Positions 18,463-29,180 of a stretch of DNA of 64,000 bases are shown piece by piece. The position numbers were made by a program, and so were the translations under genes. Positions within the stretch are counted from its first letter, which is position 1; each line of letters begins with the position of its first letter. The stretch lies in the IMG/VR virus record IMGVR_UViG_3300045988_067909, one strand, 5' to 3'. This DNA comes from a virus. Below the pieces are notes generated by a model. The model was not told the origin of the DNA and did not search any database. It saw only the letters and a program-made list of their open reading frames with translations.

Positions 18463-19191
18463 GTGAGAAACCCAAATATGCTTAATCAGGTTTCTACCGT
18501 AGATAAATCTATTCTAAAAATGGATTATGTCCCTCAGTATGATTTACAAGACTGGGAATTGAATGATCCTAAGGAATTTGATAAATTTATTAAGCAAATT
18601 GAGAAGAATGTACGTAATAGTATTGAATATAGAGAACTTATTCAATACTTACGTCTTTCTTTCAATATGGATACTTGCTCTTTCTATAAGAACGTATCTA
18701 ATAGAGATAATACAAGTATCAAGATTCATATCCATCATGATCCAATTACGTTATATGATATTTGTATGGTAGTATATCGTAAACAGCAAGCTTCTGGGCA
18801 AGAGTTTGATGAAGAAACTATTGCTAAAGAAGTTATGTGGATTCATTACAATGGTATGGTTGGTTTAATCCCACTATCAGAGACAGTACATGAACTAGTA
18901 CACAATAACTACTTATTTATCCCGACAACTCATGTTTACGGGGAATATAAGAAATTTGTAGAGATGTATGAACCATACTTTACAATAGACCAATTGGAAA
19001 ACTTACATGAGATTGAGAAAGCTACGGCTTCATATGATCATGCTAAGAGCCAAGAGCTATTGAAAACTAAGTACATGTATATCGATGATAGTGGTGCTTA
19101 TGACTTACCTAGAAAAGAATTCATACTTGAATTATTGAAGAAACGTAAGCAAGAGATAATTAACACTTTAAATCCTAGAACACGTTATTAA
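18463..19191 (+). CDS. Hypothetical protein, 242 aa, His-rich
   Basis: GTG start 7 nt after AAGGAGGTG (an alternative in-frame ATG lies at 18478). No family recognised. Confidence 0.6.
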   Translation: MRNPNMLNQVSTVDKSILKMDYVPQYDLQDWELNDPKEFDKFIKQIEKNVRNSIEYRELIQYLRLSFNMDTCSFYKNVSNRDNTSIKIHIHHDPITLYDICMVVYRKQQASGQEFDEETIAKEVMWIHYNGMVGLIPLSETVHELVHNNYLFIPTTHVYGEYKKFVEMYEPYFTIDQLENLHEIEKATASYDHAKSQELLKTKYMYIDDSGAYDLPRKEFILELLKKRKQEIINTLNPRTRY

Positions 19192-19228
19192 TTGGATATA
19201 GAATTTATATCCAAAGAAAGGATTAAAC

Positions 19229-19690
19229 ATGAAAGACTTTGACGTATTACAAGAATTATCTATGCAATATGATTTAGGTCATTTTAATACCTTGCAAGAA
19301 GACGAAATTAAAGCAAAAGCTATTACAGTAACTGAAGCCGTGGAATCTTTAGACTCTGCATTGAAATTTGATGCTACTATGATTCCTGTCGTTGAGTATA
19401 CTCAAGACAATGGCGAAAAGTTAGTTGTAATTGCAGCGAATGATTTGGCTCATTATATGGAATGCGCTAACTGTGCAGATTCTTTAGTAGCAATTGGTGA
19501 CATCTGTGATAAGAACTTAGTTCCAGATGATGCTACGTTCACTAAAGCCGTTCTTGTTGATGATTCAAAAGTTAAATTCATTAAGGAAGCAACAAAACAA
19601 AATACATTCTCTAAAGAAGCAGCTGAACTAGTGGGTTTATTAGAAAACTTACAAAGCAATGGTATTAAGATTGTCACTAAACACAAATAA
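19229..19690 (+). CDS. Hypothetical protein, 153 aa
   Basis: ATG preceded by AAAGGA. Acidic protein. Confidence 0.65.
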   Translation: MKDFDVLQELSMQYDLGHFNTLQEDEIKAKAITVTEAVESLDSALKFDATMIPVVEYTQDNGEKLVVIAANDLAHYMECANCADSLVAIGDICDKNLVPDDATFTKAVLVDDSKVKFIKEATKQNTFSKEAAELVGLLENLQSNGIKIVTKHK

Positions 19691-19777
19691 CTATTGATTC
19701 TTATAATAACTATCCAGTAAGGCCGTTATTGGTCTTACTGGATATTTTTGTATCACACTAAAGGGGGTGTATAGAAA

Positions 19778-20566
19778 GTGTTTGATATTTACGACCCAAG
19801 AACTTTGAACTTATTTACTGATGCATCTGTCAATAAGAAGAGTCATACTAAACAGAATAACGATGTAGTCGCAGGATGTCTACCATTATTCTACTCTGAC
19901 CAGATGCAATATCTCGATAGATGTGGAAAATTTTGGATGTTAGAACCAACCTATCAGTATATACGTAAGACAACTAATAACTATGGTGAGCTATATGGTC
20001 TTCTTTTAGCCTTTATGTATATAGAGCAAATGACTACAGGAAGACAAGTATGTCCATTTACCACATTTAATATCTTTAGTGATAGTAAGATTAGTGTATG
20101 TGCTCTTCGTGATTGGCTACCAGGTTGGTTAAGAAACATGGATGAGAATGGTATTATGTATAACTCATCTGGAATTCCTGTAGCAAATCAAAGTCTTTAT
20201 CATCATATCTTAGCAGTTATATCTAATATACCTGATTGGGTAAATATTAGAATATCCCACATCAATGGGCATATAGATACAAGAAAATTATTGCATATTA
20301 AGAAAGCCTATAATAACTTTTTGAATTCTAATAGCTATAATCAAGAATTTGTATCATTTAAAGAGTACTTTGAATTGGCTGATGATTTACATAAAGCCAA
20401 TAATTATATCGATAATTACACTAGACAGATGCTATACAATAGTAATAGTACTGGTGTATATGGTAGACGTATAGAAGCAAATATGCCTATTATAACTGAA
20501 AGATACCCATACCCAGACTTCAGAAGAATATCAAAGATATTTAGTTTTAAATATAGTAATCTTTGA
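19778..20566 (+). CDS. RNase H-like protein
   Basis: LFTDASV matches the RNase H motif (TDGS). TTNNYGELYGLLLAFMY matches TNNRAEL...A. IFSDSKISVCAL matches the STDSQYV region. ISHINGHIDTRKL matches the WVKGH region. GTG start 9 nt after AAAGGGGGTG. Confidence 0.5.
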   Translation: MFDIYDPRTLNLFTDASVNKKSHTKQNNDVVAGCLPLFYSDQMQYLDRCGKFWMLEPTYQYIRKTTNNYGELYGLLLAFMYIEQMTTGRQVCPFTTFNIFSDSKISVCALRDWLPGWLRNMDENGIMYNSSGIPVANQSLYHHILAVISNIPDWVNIRISHINGHIDTRKLLHIKKAYNNFLNSNSYNQEFVSFKEYFELADDLHKANNYIDNYTRQMLYNSNSTGVYGRRIEANMPIITERYPYPDFRRISKIFSFKYSNL

Positions 20567-20634
20567 GAAACACTATCATAAGCACTTATACTTAGTTCAT
20601 TTACTAAAATACATATAACTGAGGAGAAAGAAAT

Positions 20635-21144
20635 ATGGCTAAAGCAAAAGTAAAAGAAGATACTAATAAAAAGAAACCAGTAAGTGGTGACCGTTTTACA
20701 GTTGCCGAAGTACGTGAACAGTTATTAGCTACGATGATTAAGAATAATCAAGACATTATGCAATGTGTAGCCAATTCTGAGCAACTACTAGAAGAGCTAA
20801 ATGACATTAAAACTAAAATGGCTATTCTAGAAGAAAATCAAAAAGATAGTACTACATTGATTGAAAAGCAAGCTTCTAAATTAGATGAGTTTGCTGAATT
20901 CGATGGAGAGATTTCAACTAAAGTTGATACTATGGCAGCTACATTAGTTGATCATATTGATAAATATGATAGCAATGTAAAAGCTGAATTAGAAGATAAG
21001 GCTAAACAGCTTAAAGATATCTTGAATGTAGCAGAACCTCTTGAAATGGAAGCTATTAAACCAGTGTCTGTAAACTTAAAAATTGTATATGTCTTAATCG
21101 TTATTATGATCATCATGGATGCATTAATCTTATACCGCATCTAA
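20635..21144 (+). CDS. Coiled-coil protein with a C-terminal transmembrane helix
   Basis: ATG after GAGGAGAAAG. The C-terminus IVYVLIVIMIIMDALILY is strongly hydrophobic. Confidence 0.65.
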   Translation: MAKAKVKEDTNKKKPVSGDRFTVAEVREQLLATMIKNNQDIMQCVANSEQLLEELNDIKTKMAILEENQKDSTTLIEKQASKLDEFAEFDGEISTKVDTMAATLVDHIDKYDSNVKAELEDKAKQLKDILNVAEPLEMEAIKPVSVNLKIVYVLIVIMIIMDALILYRI

Positions 21145-21154
21145 AAACAAAAGT

Positions 21155-21190
21155 CCCATATAGGTCATTGACCTATATGGGTAACTTTTT
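21155..21190 (+). terminator. Hairpin CCCATATAGG-tcattga-CCTATATGGG followed by TAACTTTTT
   Basis: Perfect 10-bp stem 11 nt after the stop, with a T-run. Confidence 0.65.
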
Positions 21191-21243
21191 ACTTTAGATA
21201 TCACATATAAGAAACAATCTTTTCTTATAGGAGGTAATGAGAG

Positions 21244-22017
21244 ATGAAAGAATTAAACATCGAATTTATTCTAATGAATGACTACAGTGGTAAGGGTTCT
21301 ACTACTGAAGAAGCTATTGAAGATTACAAAAAAGGTAAGACAGAGTTTCTTGCTTATCATACTGAAGATGGTAAGACTAATTTAGTTATAGCTAATCAAT
21401 TACAATACTTATTTGTAACTGATCTTACTATCGAAGAAGTTAATAAGCAATTCTCCACATTATTAAAACTATCAGTCAATACTGTATTTGATGAAGTAGT
21501 TGAAATCACTTCACCATACTTTGAAGTGACTAATGATAAGCTAGTAGCATATGTATATGTAAATGGTAGATTTAGAATATTGATTCTTGATGCTGCTAAT
21601 GTAACTAATATCGTAATGGAACCATATGCTGAAAATGCTAATCCTATGGAATTAACCAATCCAAACTTTATTAAGAAAACTATGGCTGATTTAATGGCTA
21701 GTACAGACAAAGCTCAAACCCATGAAGACCTAGTACAAGGTGTTATGGCTAGAGTTAGATACGGATATAATGGAATCGTATTATTCGGAGACATGTTCTT
21801 CAATAATAGATATCAGCTAGACAGTAAAGAGCTAGTTGATTTATTCAAGAAAGCTCTTATGGATATAGTTAATCCACCAGAAGAAGAACCTATCCAGACT
21901 AACAATGATCCAGTAGAAGAGCCTACTGAAGAAAATCATGTACATTGTAGATGGTCCTATGAGGAGCCAGAAAGTGAAACAATTAACGCAGAAGATTTAG
22001 ATAATTCCGAAGACTAA
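21244..22017 (+). CDS. Hypothetical acidic protein, 257 aa
   Basis: AGGAGG ribosome-binding site. ATG start. Confidence 0.7.
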   Translation: MKELNIEFILMNDYSGKGSTTEEAIEDYKKGKTEFLAYHTEDGKTNLVIANQLQYLFVTDLTIEEVNKQFSTLLKLSVNTVFDEVVEITSPYFEVTNDKLVAYVYVNGRFRILILDAANVTNIVMEPYAENANPMELTNPNFIKKTMADLMASTDKAQTHEDLVQGVMARVRYGYNGIVLFGDMFFNNRYQLDSKELVDLFKKALMDIVNPPEEEPIQTNNDPVEEPTEENHVHCRWSYEEPESETINAEDLDNSED

Positions 22018-22178
22018 TACATTTAATAGCACACTGGGCACTTATGGCTCAGTGTGCTTAATAACCCCCTCAGAAATGATAAATGAACTTAATTTATAGA
22101 TGTATATTATAGCTGTGATATTGAACAGCTATTCTTTTGGCTGATGTTTTTTATTTCCATTAAGAAAGGAGAAAGTCT

Positions 22179-25100
22179 ATGGATAAGTTCAGTATTGATA
22201 GTTATTATACACCCCATGGACAGATGGGAGTACAAACTATCACAAGAGAAGAGTATGAAGCCTCACCTAGCATGGGTGAACAGTTCATATCCATTTCAAA
22301 AGTAGAGGGGAACCCTCATGTGTTTAAAGAAACAAAAGGAGAAAGAAAAATGTATTTCGATGCGTTGCGGACACGCAACAGACAACAACAGGTGCAACCT
22401 ATGCCTGTTCAACAACAAGTACCTACACCAACTGTAGATACTACAACAAGCTTCCAATGTGAAGTAATCACCAATAAGATTGAAGCTCTCAAAGCAAAGA
22501 ATAGAGAGCTAATGAAACATGGAGAGAAGTATATACAAACAATCTTTGACAATGCAGACAAGATTGAAGATCTTAAGAAAGAGTTAGCTGCACTCAAAGG
22601 TGAAGTATATAAAACGAAATCGATGTTCATCTCATTGGCAGGTGAGGCAAAAGAAGAAGAGGTGGTTATCGAACCACCTAAACCTGTGGAACAACCACAG
22701 CAACAACAGGTGCAACCTAATATTGCTAATCCAAGCAATTTTACACCTGAAGAGCTAGCATTCATTAATGAGAATGCAGAAGCTTTCAATCAGTTGACTA
22801 ATCAAATGCTTCAAATGCAAGCTCAAGGTCAACATGTTCCATCTCTAGGAGAGATGATGAATGGTGGTCATCCAGTACAACACCAACACAGTCAAAACTG
22901 TGGATGTGGACATAACCACCATCAACAACCTGTACAACAACCTGTACCACAGCAACAAGCACCTCAGCAACAGGGGAGAATGTCTTGGGCTGATATGGCG
23001 CAAATGGTAAACCAAGATATAGCAGATAAACAAATGCAATATCAACAACCCGTACAGCAACAACAATGGCAACAACCACAACCTGTAATGCAACAAGTTC
23101 AAACAGTTCCAGCAGGTGTATGGTATGGTATGCAACAACAAGTACAACAACCACAATGGCAACAGCCAGTACAACAAATGCAAATGACTCAACCTCAAAT
23201 GCAATATCAACAACCTATGCCACAACAGCAAGCACCTCAACAACAAGGAAGAATGTCTTGGGGTGATATGGCACAAATGGTGAATCAAAGTATAGTAGAT
23301 AAGCAAATGCAAGATAGAGGCGTTGACCCTAATGTGCATTTTGACTTCCAAGATGCTGTACCATTGTATAAAATCTATGAGGCTCAAGCACAACGTGATG
23401 CTATGATGGCTCAACAAATGCAAATGCAATACCCACAACCTCAGCCACAAGCAGCAATGTCTCAAAATATGGCTATGGGTAATGCACCTAAATTTGATTT
23501 TGAAACAGCAGTTCCATTGGATTATGGGTTTAATAATCAACCACCGATGAGTGGTATGAATACATTTATCCCACCAACTGCTAGCAGAATGCAACCAGAT
23601 GCAAGTGGTTGGCATAGACCACTAGACAACTACAGTAAAAAACAAAAACGTACATTAGCTGAAATTGCTGCAAACCGTGGTGTAACTGAAGAGTCTTTAA
23701 AGACTCCGACCCAAATGACTTGGCAAGAAGCAGCCCAAGCTGAGGCTATTGCTGCTACACCAATAGTTCTTAATAGACTTCAACAGATAGCACATGAGAA
23801 AGGATACAAGGATATTCAGACTCTAATTACAGCTGGTGAAGTTGACTTTGATGCTATACTTGAACAAGTAGCACAAGAAATGACTGACAAGGTGTATAGT
23901 GAACTACAATCTACACCTAAAGATGATAGTCTACATTTAGCAGATATGCTCCCTGATGTATATGATGCTAAGAAATGGTTAGGTTTTGCTAACCGTCCAG
24001 AAGAAATTGAAAATGATATCCATATCAGAAATATGTATATCAATCGTCTTAATGATATGGTTTGTGGTATTCCTCATAACGTACCATGGAAACCAGAAAA
24101 CACATATGACGATGTATTATCATTTCTAAATGCTTATCCAGATCGTGCTGATTTGGAACAAGAATTTGTATTAGAACTATACGAAGACTTGTTATTATCT
24201 CGTGGTCAAGACCCTACTGAGGGTGTATTCCCACAACTCCCTAAAGGACAACGTATCATTAGTAGCCCACACCGTACATATTTCCATGGTGCTGGTTTAC
24301 CTAATATTACATCTAATACTACATCTGCTGCTCAACAGCAACTAGGTATGCAATACCAAGGACAGATGGTAGATGCACAAATGTTGGCATATGAAGACCA
24401 ACGTCGTAACTGGGAGATGATGACTACAGTTGGTGGTCATCCATTAGCAGGTTATCCCGTAAACCCTAACTGGCAAGTTATGGTTACACCTAAAGACTCC
24501 AGTTGTCTTAATATTTTAGTGGACAAATTCTATGTTCCTGTATACGATGTAGGGTATATGGAAGCTCCACCTAATGATAAAGCTATTGCTGATATGCTTA
24601 ATAATCCTAATCTTACTCCAGAGCAACGTGACTCTAAAGTTAAAGAAATCAATGATTATAAAGCAAGATACAATGAATGGCTTAAACGTTATAACTGGGA
24701 ACAAAACAAGCAAGCTTTATTTGATAAGTTACAACTATTAGTAGATAAGCGAGGCATCTACGTTAAGCAAGTAAACAGTGCAAGATATGACCAAGATACT
24801 TATAATCTATTAATGGATAGTATCGGATCTTGTGACCGTGGTATTGCTAAGATGCAAGCAGAGCTACCAACACCAAGACCAGAAGATCCTGCTTGGTGTG
24901 ATGAGCAAAACTTATTGTATGCCAATTACTTGATCGAACAATACAACCAACGTCGTGAAGAATTTGAACGCCGTGCATTGCGTAGATCTTGGCAAGCTCG
25001 TGGTAATAGATTGGGATGGACATTCCCAATGGACGAAGTTAAAGCACAAGTACAACAAAATGACATGCTTAAACACTTTATCCCTAATACTAATGTATTA

Positions 25101-26120
25101 ACTCCAGCAGAAGCATATCTCTTCAATAAAGAATCTGCACGATTCGCTAAAGAAGAGTACGAATCTAAACATGAGAATGCTCGTAAGTTCCATGAAGATA
25201 AAATGGCTTGGTGGAAAAGTATGTGGGTAGCATCCTATATGGTAACAAACCAAGTTAGCAATGAAGAAGCTTCTAAAGTATATGATGAAGAAGATCCATA
25301 TGGCTTGATTCATCAATACATCTATGACCCAAGACTCCAAACAGAATCTTCAAGAAAGCTTCGTAAGATGGAAGATTGGGAATATCCTGATTGGGATATG
25401 TTAACACAAAAACGTCGTATTGATTTCGATGAAAAAGAATTACGACTTTATAACTGGCGTATGAAGAACCAACGTTTCCGTGATGCGGTTATTCCTGTAC
25501 GTCCAGCACCTGAATGGTCTGCATTCCAAGGAAGAAATGGTCAACCTATTATGATTCCTACGAACTTCTACCCATGGGCTACAGCATTCAGTAACTATAA
25601 AGCTACAGGCGATAAAGAAGTCGACAATAAGAACTTCGAAGCATGTATAGCTAGAGCAGAAATGCTAGAGAAAGCTCACCGTAGACCAACTGACTTATCT
25701 GAAGATGCTGGGTATTATAAACGTGCCCCATTCCAAGAAGCATTAAGCAGTTATAAACACAAGACTCGTATCGGTCAAGTATCTGACTTACTTGAGGAAT
25801 ATGAAGATGATGAGCAATTCAAAGATATGATGAATAATTATATCTACTTAGAAGAGACTGGCAAACTAGCTGGATATGATTATAATAAAGATAGAGTCAA
25901 CTTTGAGAACTCTATTCTAGAACAATTCCTAGCTGTCGGTCAAGAATTACCTAAAGGGTCTTGTCTAAAAGATCCTGAATTTGATACTTACAATGGTAAA
26001 TCTATGGAATCTATTGCTAAGCATCAAGTCGAATTAAATATGCAAGCTAACGATGCAATCAAAGCATATCTATCTCCAGAACTAGGAGGCACATATGATA
26101 GTAGCAAGCACATTAGCTGA
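22179..26120 (+). CDS. Large Gln-rich protein, 1313 aa, with an internal tandem duplication and a His/Cys cluster. Function unknown.
   Basis: AAAGGAGAAAG ribosome-binding site. A 250-aa low-complexity Q/P-rich region. CGCGHNHH motif. The C-terminal 800 aa are of normal composition. Confidence 0.7.
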   Translation: MDKFSIDSYYTPHGQMGVQTITREEYEASPSMGEQFISISKVEGNPHVFKETKGERKMYFDALRTRNRQQQVQPMPVQQQVPTPTVDTTTSFQCEVITNKIEALKAKNRELMKHGEKYIQTIFDNADKIEDLKKELAALKGEVYKTKSMFISLAGEAKEEEVVIEPPKPVEQPQQQQVQPNIANPSNFTPEELAFINENAEAFNQLTNQMLQMQAQGQHVPSLGEMMNGGHPVQHQHSQNCGCGHNHHQQPVQQPVPQQQAPQQQGRMSWADMAQMVNQDIADKQMQYQQPVQQQQWQQPQPVMQQVQTVPAGVWYGMQQQVQQPQWQQPVQQMQMTQPQMQYQQPMPQQQAPQQQGRMSWGDMAQMVNQSIVDKQMQDRGVDPNVHFDFQDAVPLYKIYEAQAQRDAMMAQQMQMQYPQPQPQAAMSQNMAMGNAPKFDFETAVPLDYGFNNQPPMSGMNTFIPPTASRMQPDASGWHRPLDNYSKKQKRTLAEIAANRGVTEESLKTPTQMTWQEAAQAEAIAATPIVLNRLQQIAHEKGYKDIQTLITAGEVDFDAILEQVAQEMTDKVYSELQSTPKDDSLHLADMLPDVYDAKKWLGFANRPEEIENDIHIRNMYINRLNDMVCGIPHNVPWKPENTYDDVLSFLNAYPDRADLEQEFVLELYEDLLLSRGQDPTEGVFPQLPKGQRIISSPHRTYFHGAGLPNITSNTTSAAQQQLGMQYQGQMVDAQMLAYEDQRRNWEMMTTVGGHPLAGYPVNPNWQVMVTPKDSSCLNILVDKFYVPVYDVGYMEAPPNDKAIADMLNNPNLTPEQRDSKVKEINDYKARYNEWLKRYNWEQNKQALFDKLQLLVDKRGIYVKQVNSARYDQDTYNLLMDSIGSCDRGIAKMQAELPTPRPEDPAWCDEQNLLYANYLIEQYNQRREEFERRALRRSWQARGNRLGWTFPMDEVKAQVQQNDMLKHFIPNTNVLTPAEAYLFNKESARFAKEEYESKHENARKFHEDKMAWWKSMWVASYMVTNQVSNEEASKVYDEEDPYGLIHQYIYDPRLQTESSRKLRKMEDWEYPDWDMLTQKRRIDFDEKELRLYNWRMKNQRFRDAVIPVRPAPEWSAFQGRNGQPIMIPTNFYPWATAFSNYKATGDKEVDNKNFEACIARAEMLEKAHRRPTDLSEDAGYYKRAPFQEALSSYKHKTRIGQVSDLLEEYEDDEQFKDMMNNYIYLEETGKLAGYDYNKDRVNFENSILEQFLAVGQELPKGSCLKDPEFDTYNGKSMESIAKHQVELNMQANDAIKAYLSPELGGTYDSSKHIS
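22948..23310 (+). repeat. Two copies, about 270 nt apart, of a roughly 95-nt coding repeat (PQQQAPQQQGRMSW[AG]DMAQMVNQ.I.DKQMQ)
   Basis: Near-identical nucleotide and protein segments at about 22948-23040 and 23218-23310. Confidence 0.7.
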
Positions 26121-27882
26121 TGATGTAAGACTCAATCTGACAAATAGTAATGTAGACGTAAGAAAAATTCATCTAAATGCTATGTATAGGTCATTAGCTT
26201 ATACAGTACCATTAGAGAGAGCTTTCGATGATCTACAAGGGCCTATGGTTGAGGACTTATTCGATGCAGAGACAATCAAATCTATTAAGTTAGTAGTGAC
26301 TAATCCTAAGATTAAATTCTTCAAAGATAAGTTTAGAATCTTAGCAGGAATACTAAACCCACTCGGTTATATACTAGCGCATGCTGGTACTAACCGTGTA
26401 GTGTTCCAACCACAGTTTGATGATTCTTTCGTAGTTAAGATTGGTTTAGATATTGCTGGGCGAACTAATAATCCGAATGAGATTGTTAACCAGAAATATC
26501 TTAAACCATTCGTATGTAAGTGCTTTGATACCACGGATGATGGTGTTATAGGTACTTTCGAACGTGTAGTTCCTATAGAGAATTTATACCAACTATGGTC
26601 TGTACGTGAAGATATCTTTGATATCATGCGTGCTATAACTAAGAGATTTATAATCGATGATTTCGGTACTGAAGCTTTTAAGAACTGGGGAGTTCGTAAA
26701 GGCTTTGGTCCAGTATTACTAGACTATGCTGATATGTATATTCTAGATAAAGATACGGCATATTGTCGTAAACCTATAGACTGGCATAGTACTGCTGTGT
26801 GTGGTGGTGAGCTAGGCTACACTCCTGGATATAATAAGATTATGTGTAAGAAGTGTGGTGGTATAGGTAAAGCTAAGCAATACAAAGGAAAAGAAAAATT
26901 ATCCGTTTATGTTCCATCTAGGGGGATTGACATGGGAATCAAATGTACTATTAAAGTTGGTGGTAGAACTGTATTCAGTACTGAAGAAGGTTTCACTAAC
27001 CAAATCAATGAAAGTAAAGAAGAATTCGTAGCTCCACATGAAGTAGTTCTCAATGATTATCGTCAAGCTATTGATGATATGAAAACTGAGACTGAAAAGA
27101 CAAGAGAGCATAACGATGAATACTTAAAAGCTCTTCTTAAAGAAAGAGAAGAACGTGAAGCACTTAAAGCTGAAGAAGAAAAGAAAAAGAATGATGCTAA
27201 GGTACGCATCATTGTTACAGCTAATGGTGTAAAAGTGATTCGACCAGAAGATAAGAAAGAAGAACCAGTTATTGAGAAACCAATCAAATTGATTACTCAT
27301 GATGGTAAACCAGTAAACGTAGTTGACACTACAAATGGCAAAATCTATGACTTTACTGAGCCTGTAGAAACTAAACAGGAAGAAAACACTAAAGTAGAGT
27401 CTAAAGAGATTGAAAACAAGGAGACTGAAGAAGATATGAATGCTAAAATGCTAATGAATATGCCAGACATCAAATATTTTAAGCAAGTATTACAAGATCG
27501 TATTAACGATTTCATGAGTGAAATCGAAACTTATGATGATAAAGAGCTTAAAGACTTAGTTAAGAAGCTAAATGAAGTCAAAGGTAAGAGTGAGCTAAAC
27601 AAACCAATGTTGCTTACAGAAATCTTGCCAGACTTCTTATGTATTGATCTTGAAAAAGATGGATTCAAAGAATTAGATGGTCCAGTAATGTATACTGTAC
27701 GTGTAAACTCTTTGAAACTATATGACACAATCAAAGAAGATATTGAACGTCTAATCAAAGACATTGAGGATGTACGTATTGAACGTGAAGCAGAAGCTCA
27801 AGAGTCTCGTGTAGTTAGCAATAAAGCTGGTAAACACAAAAAAGTAAAATATAGTAATAAGAAGTTTGATGCAAACTTCTAG
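26095..27882 (+). CDS. Hypothetical protein, 595 aa, with a Cys-cluster (zinc-ribbon-like) and a C-terminal charged coiled-coil
   Basis: GGAGG ribosome-binding site. Start overlaps the upstream gene by 26 nt. CRKPIDWHSTAVCGG...CKKCGG motif. Confidence 0.7.
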   Translation: MIVASTLADDVRLNLTNSNVDVRKIHLNAMYRSLAYTVPLERAFDDLQGPMVEDLFDAETIKSIKLVVTNPKIKFFKDKFRILAGILNPLGYILAHAGTNRVVFQPQFDDSFVVKIGLDIAGRTNNPNEIVNQKYLKPFVCKCFDTTDDGVIGTFERVVPIENLYQLWSVREDIFDIMRAITKRFIIDDFGTEAFKNWGVRKGFGPVLLDYADMYILDKDTAYCRKPIDWHSTAVCGGELGYTPGYNKIMCKKCGGIGKAKQYKGKEKLSVYVPSRGIDMGIKCTIKVGGRTVFSTEEGFTNQINESKEEFVAPHEVVLNDYRQAIDDMKTETEKTREHNDEYLKALLKEREEREALKAEEEKKKNDAKVRIIVTANGVKVIRPEDKKEEPVIEKPIKLITHDGKPVNVVDTTNGKIYDFTEPVETKQEENTKVESKEIENKETEEDMNAKMLMNMPDIKYFKQVLQDRINDFMSEIETYDDKELKDLVKKLNEVKGKSELNKPMLLTEILPDFLCIDLEKDGFKELDGPVMYTVRVNSLKLYDTIKEDIERLIKDIEDVRIEREAEAQESRVVSNKAGKHKKVKYSNKKFDANF

Positions 27883-27895
27883 TCAGGAGGTTTCA

Positions 27896-28624
27896 ATGAA
27901 TTATGCACCACAAGCTCCAAGTCCATTTATTATAACCAACTCTACTATTATGGTAGATAACTTATTAGCTAGTGGACGCCCTTCGAGGGTTATTGCAATT
28001 ACAGATGAACCTATGGATGGTGGTGGGATATTAACTATCCCAGCCTATCTTCCACCATTTGAATTGGTAGCAGAATACTTAGATGCACAAGAACGCTACA
28101 ATGGTAATGTAGCAGACCAAGTATTTAGAGACCAATATATGGCATACTTGCAATCTAATAACACTGTCGTTTTGAACAGTGCATTGCTTGTAGCCACAGG
28201 TTTACTTACAGGTAAACAAATACTACTATATTTTCCTAAAGATGAATGGGATAGTTTCAATCTAATCCCTGAAGTCTTATTGGCATTCTTCCAAGAGAAG
28301 CTCCAAAGTAAAGTTCCGATTGAGAATATGAACTTGGGCCACTCTGATGATGCTTATGCTATTTATCCTGATATGGGTGCTGGCTTTGATGCATTGATTT
28401 GGTTACAGCAAAGCAATAATATTTCCTATGAGAACTTTATTGCTTTATTCAATAGAGCCCAAGCATCTCAAGCATTCATTCAAAACGTCTTGTACAATCA
28501 ACAACCGATGCTTATGGCTAGATATGGTGATAGACTATCTTTCGAAGATGCTAACCGTATTGCTAAAGCCACATATGAAGCATCTTTACGTGGTACAAGA
28601 CCATCTATGTTTGTAAGGAGTTAA
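27896..28624 (+). CDS. Hypothetical protein
   Basis: ATG at 27896 lies 6 nt after GGAGG. The ORF-track start at 27866 is an upstream TTG. Confidence 0.65.
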   Translation: MNYAPQAPSPFIITNSTIMVDNLLASGRPSRVIAITDEPMDGGGILTIPAYLPPFELVAEYLDAQERYNGNVADQVFRDQYMAYLQSNNTVVLNSALLVATGLLTGKQILLYFPKDEWDSFNLIPEVLLAFFQEKLQSKVPIENMNLGHSDDAYAIYPDMGAGFDALIWLQQSNNISYENFIALFNRAQASQAFIQNVLYNQQPMLMARYGDRLSFEDANRIAKATYEASLRGTRPSMFVRS

Positions 28625-28628
28625 GATT

Positions 28629-29180
28629 ATGAAACTAATCTTTACAGACACAATCACTTCTAGATTATATGAAGATCTCTTTAAGCTAAAAGAAGATATT
28701 CATATAACTAGACTAGAGTCTCTTGAAGGTGTAGCTGAGATTATATATGCATTACGTAATTATGATCCAGCTACAAAGGACTATGATTTCATGTTTGGTG
28801 ATAGTGTAATGAATCAATCTCAAAAAGCTTTTAAAGAGTTATTTGAAATTGCTACATGTGTCATCAATAACAATACAGCTATCATAGTAGTTGATATGTA
28901 TAACGATTGGTTATACAATATTGCTGAAGTAATAGGAGACTTCTTTAAAGAAGAATGGGGTATTGAACCAATCTATATCCGAGATGTAACTGATCAAAAA
29001 TTGTTACAAGAATATGACTATTTTGAGTCAGCAGAAGATTTAGACTTCTCAAGCATCAATCAATCGTCTGGTCTATACGCTCAAATATTACAACAAATAG
29101 CAGAGCATAAACCTCTAAGAGGTATGCCATCTACATATGGCGTACAAGTAAGGAGTATGTTTACTAATGAGCTTGTATGA
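28629..29180 (+). CDS. Hypothetical protein, 183 aa
   Basis: AAGGAG ribosome-binding site. ATG start. Confidence 0.7.
   Translation: MKLIFTDTITSRLYEDLFKLKEDIHITRLESLEGVAEIIYALRNYDPATKDYDFMFGDSVMNQSQKAFKELFEIATCVINNNTAIIVVDMYNDWLYNIAEVIGDFFKEEWGIEPIYIRDVTDQKLLQEYDYFESAEDLDFSSINQSSGLYAQILQQIAEHKPLRGMPSTYGVQVRSMFTNELV

Noticed and set aside
17856-23310. Tandem nucleotide repeats (17856-18210; 22948-23310) as possible CRISPR or satellite arrays
   Set aside because: The repeats are in-frame coding repeats inside long ORFs (DIPELPPLP; the PQQQ...DKQMQ duplication). There is no repeat-spacer regularity and no cas genes.
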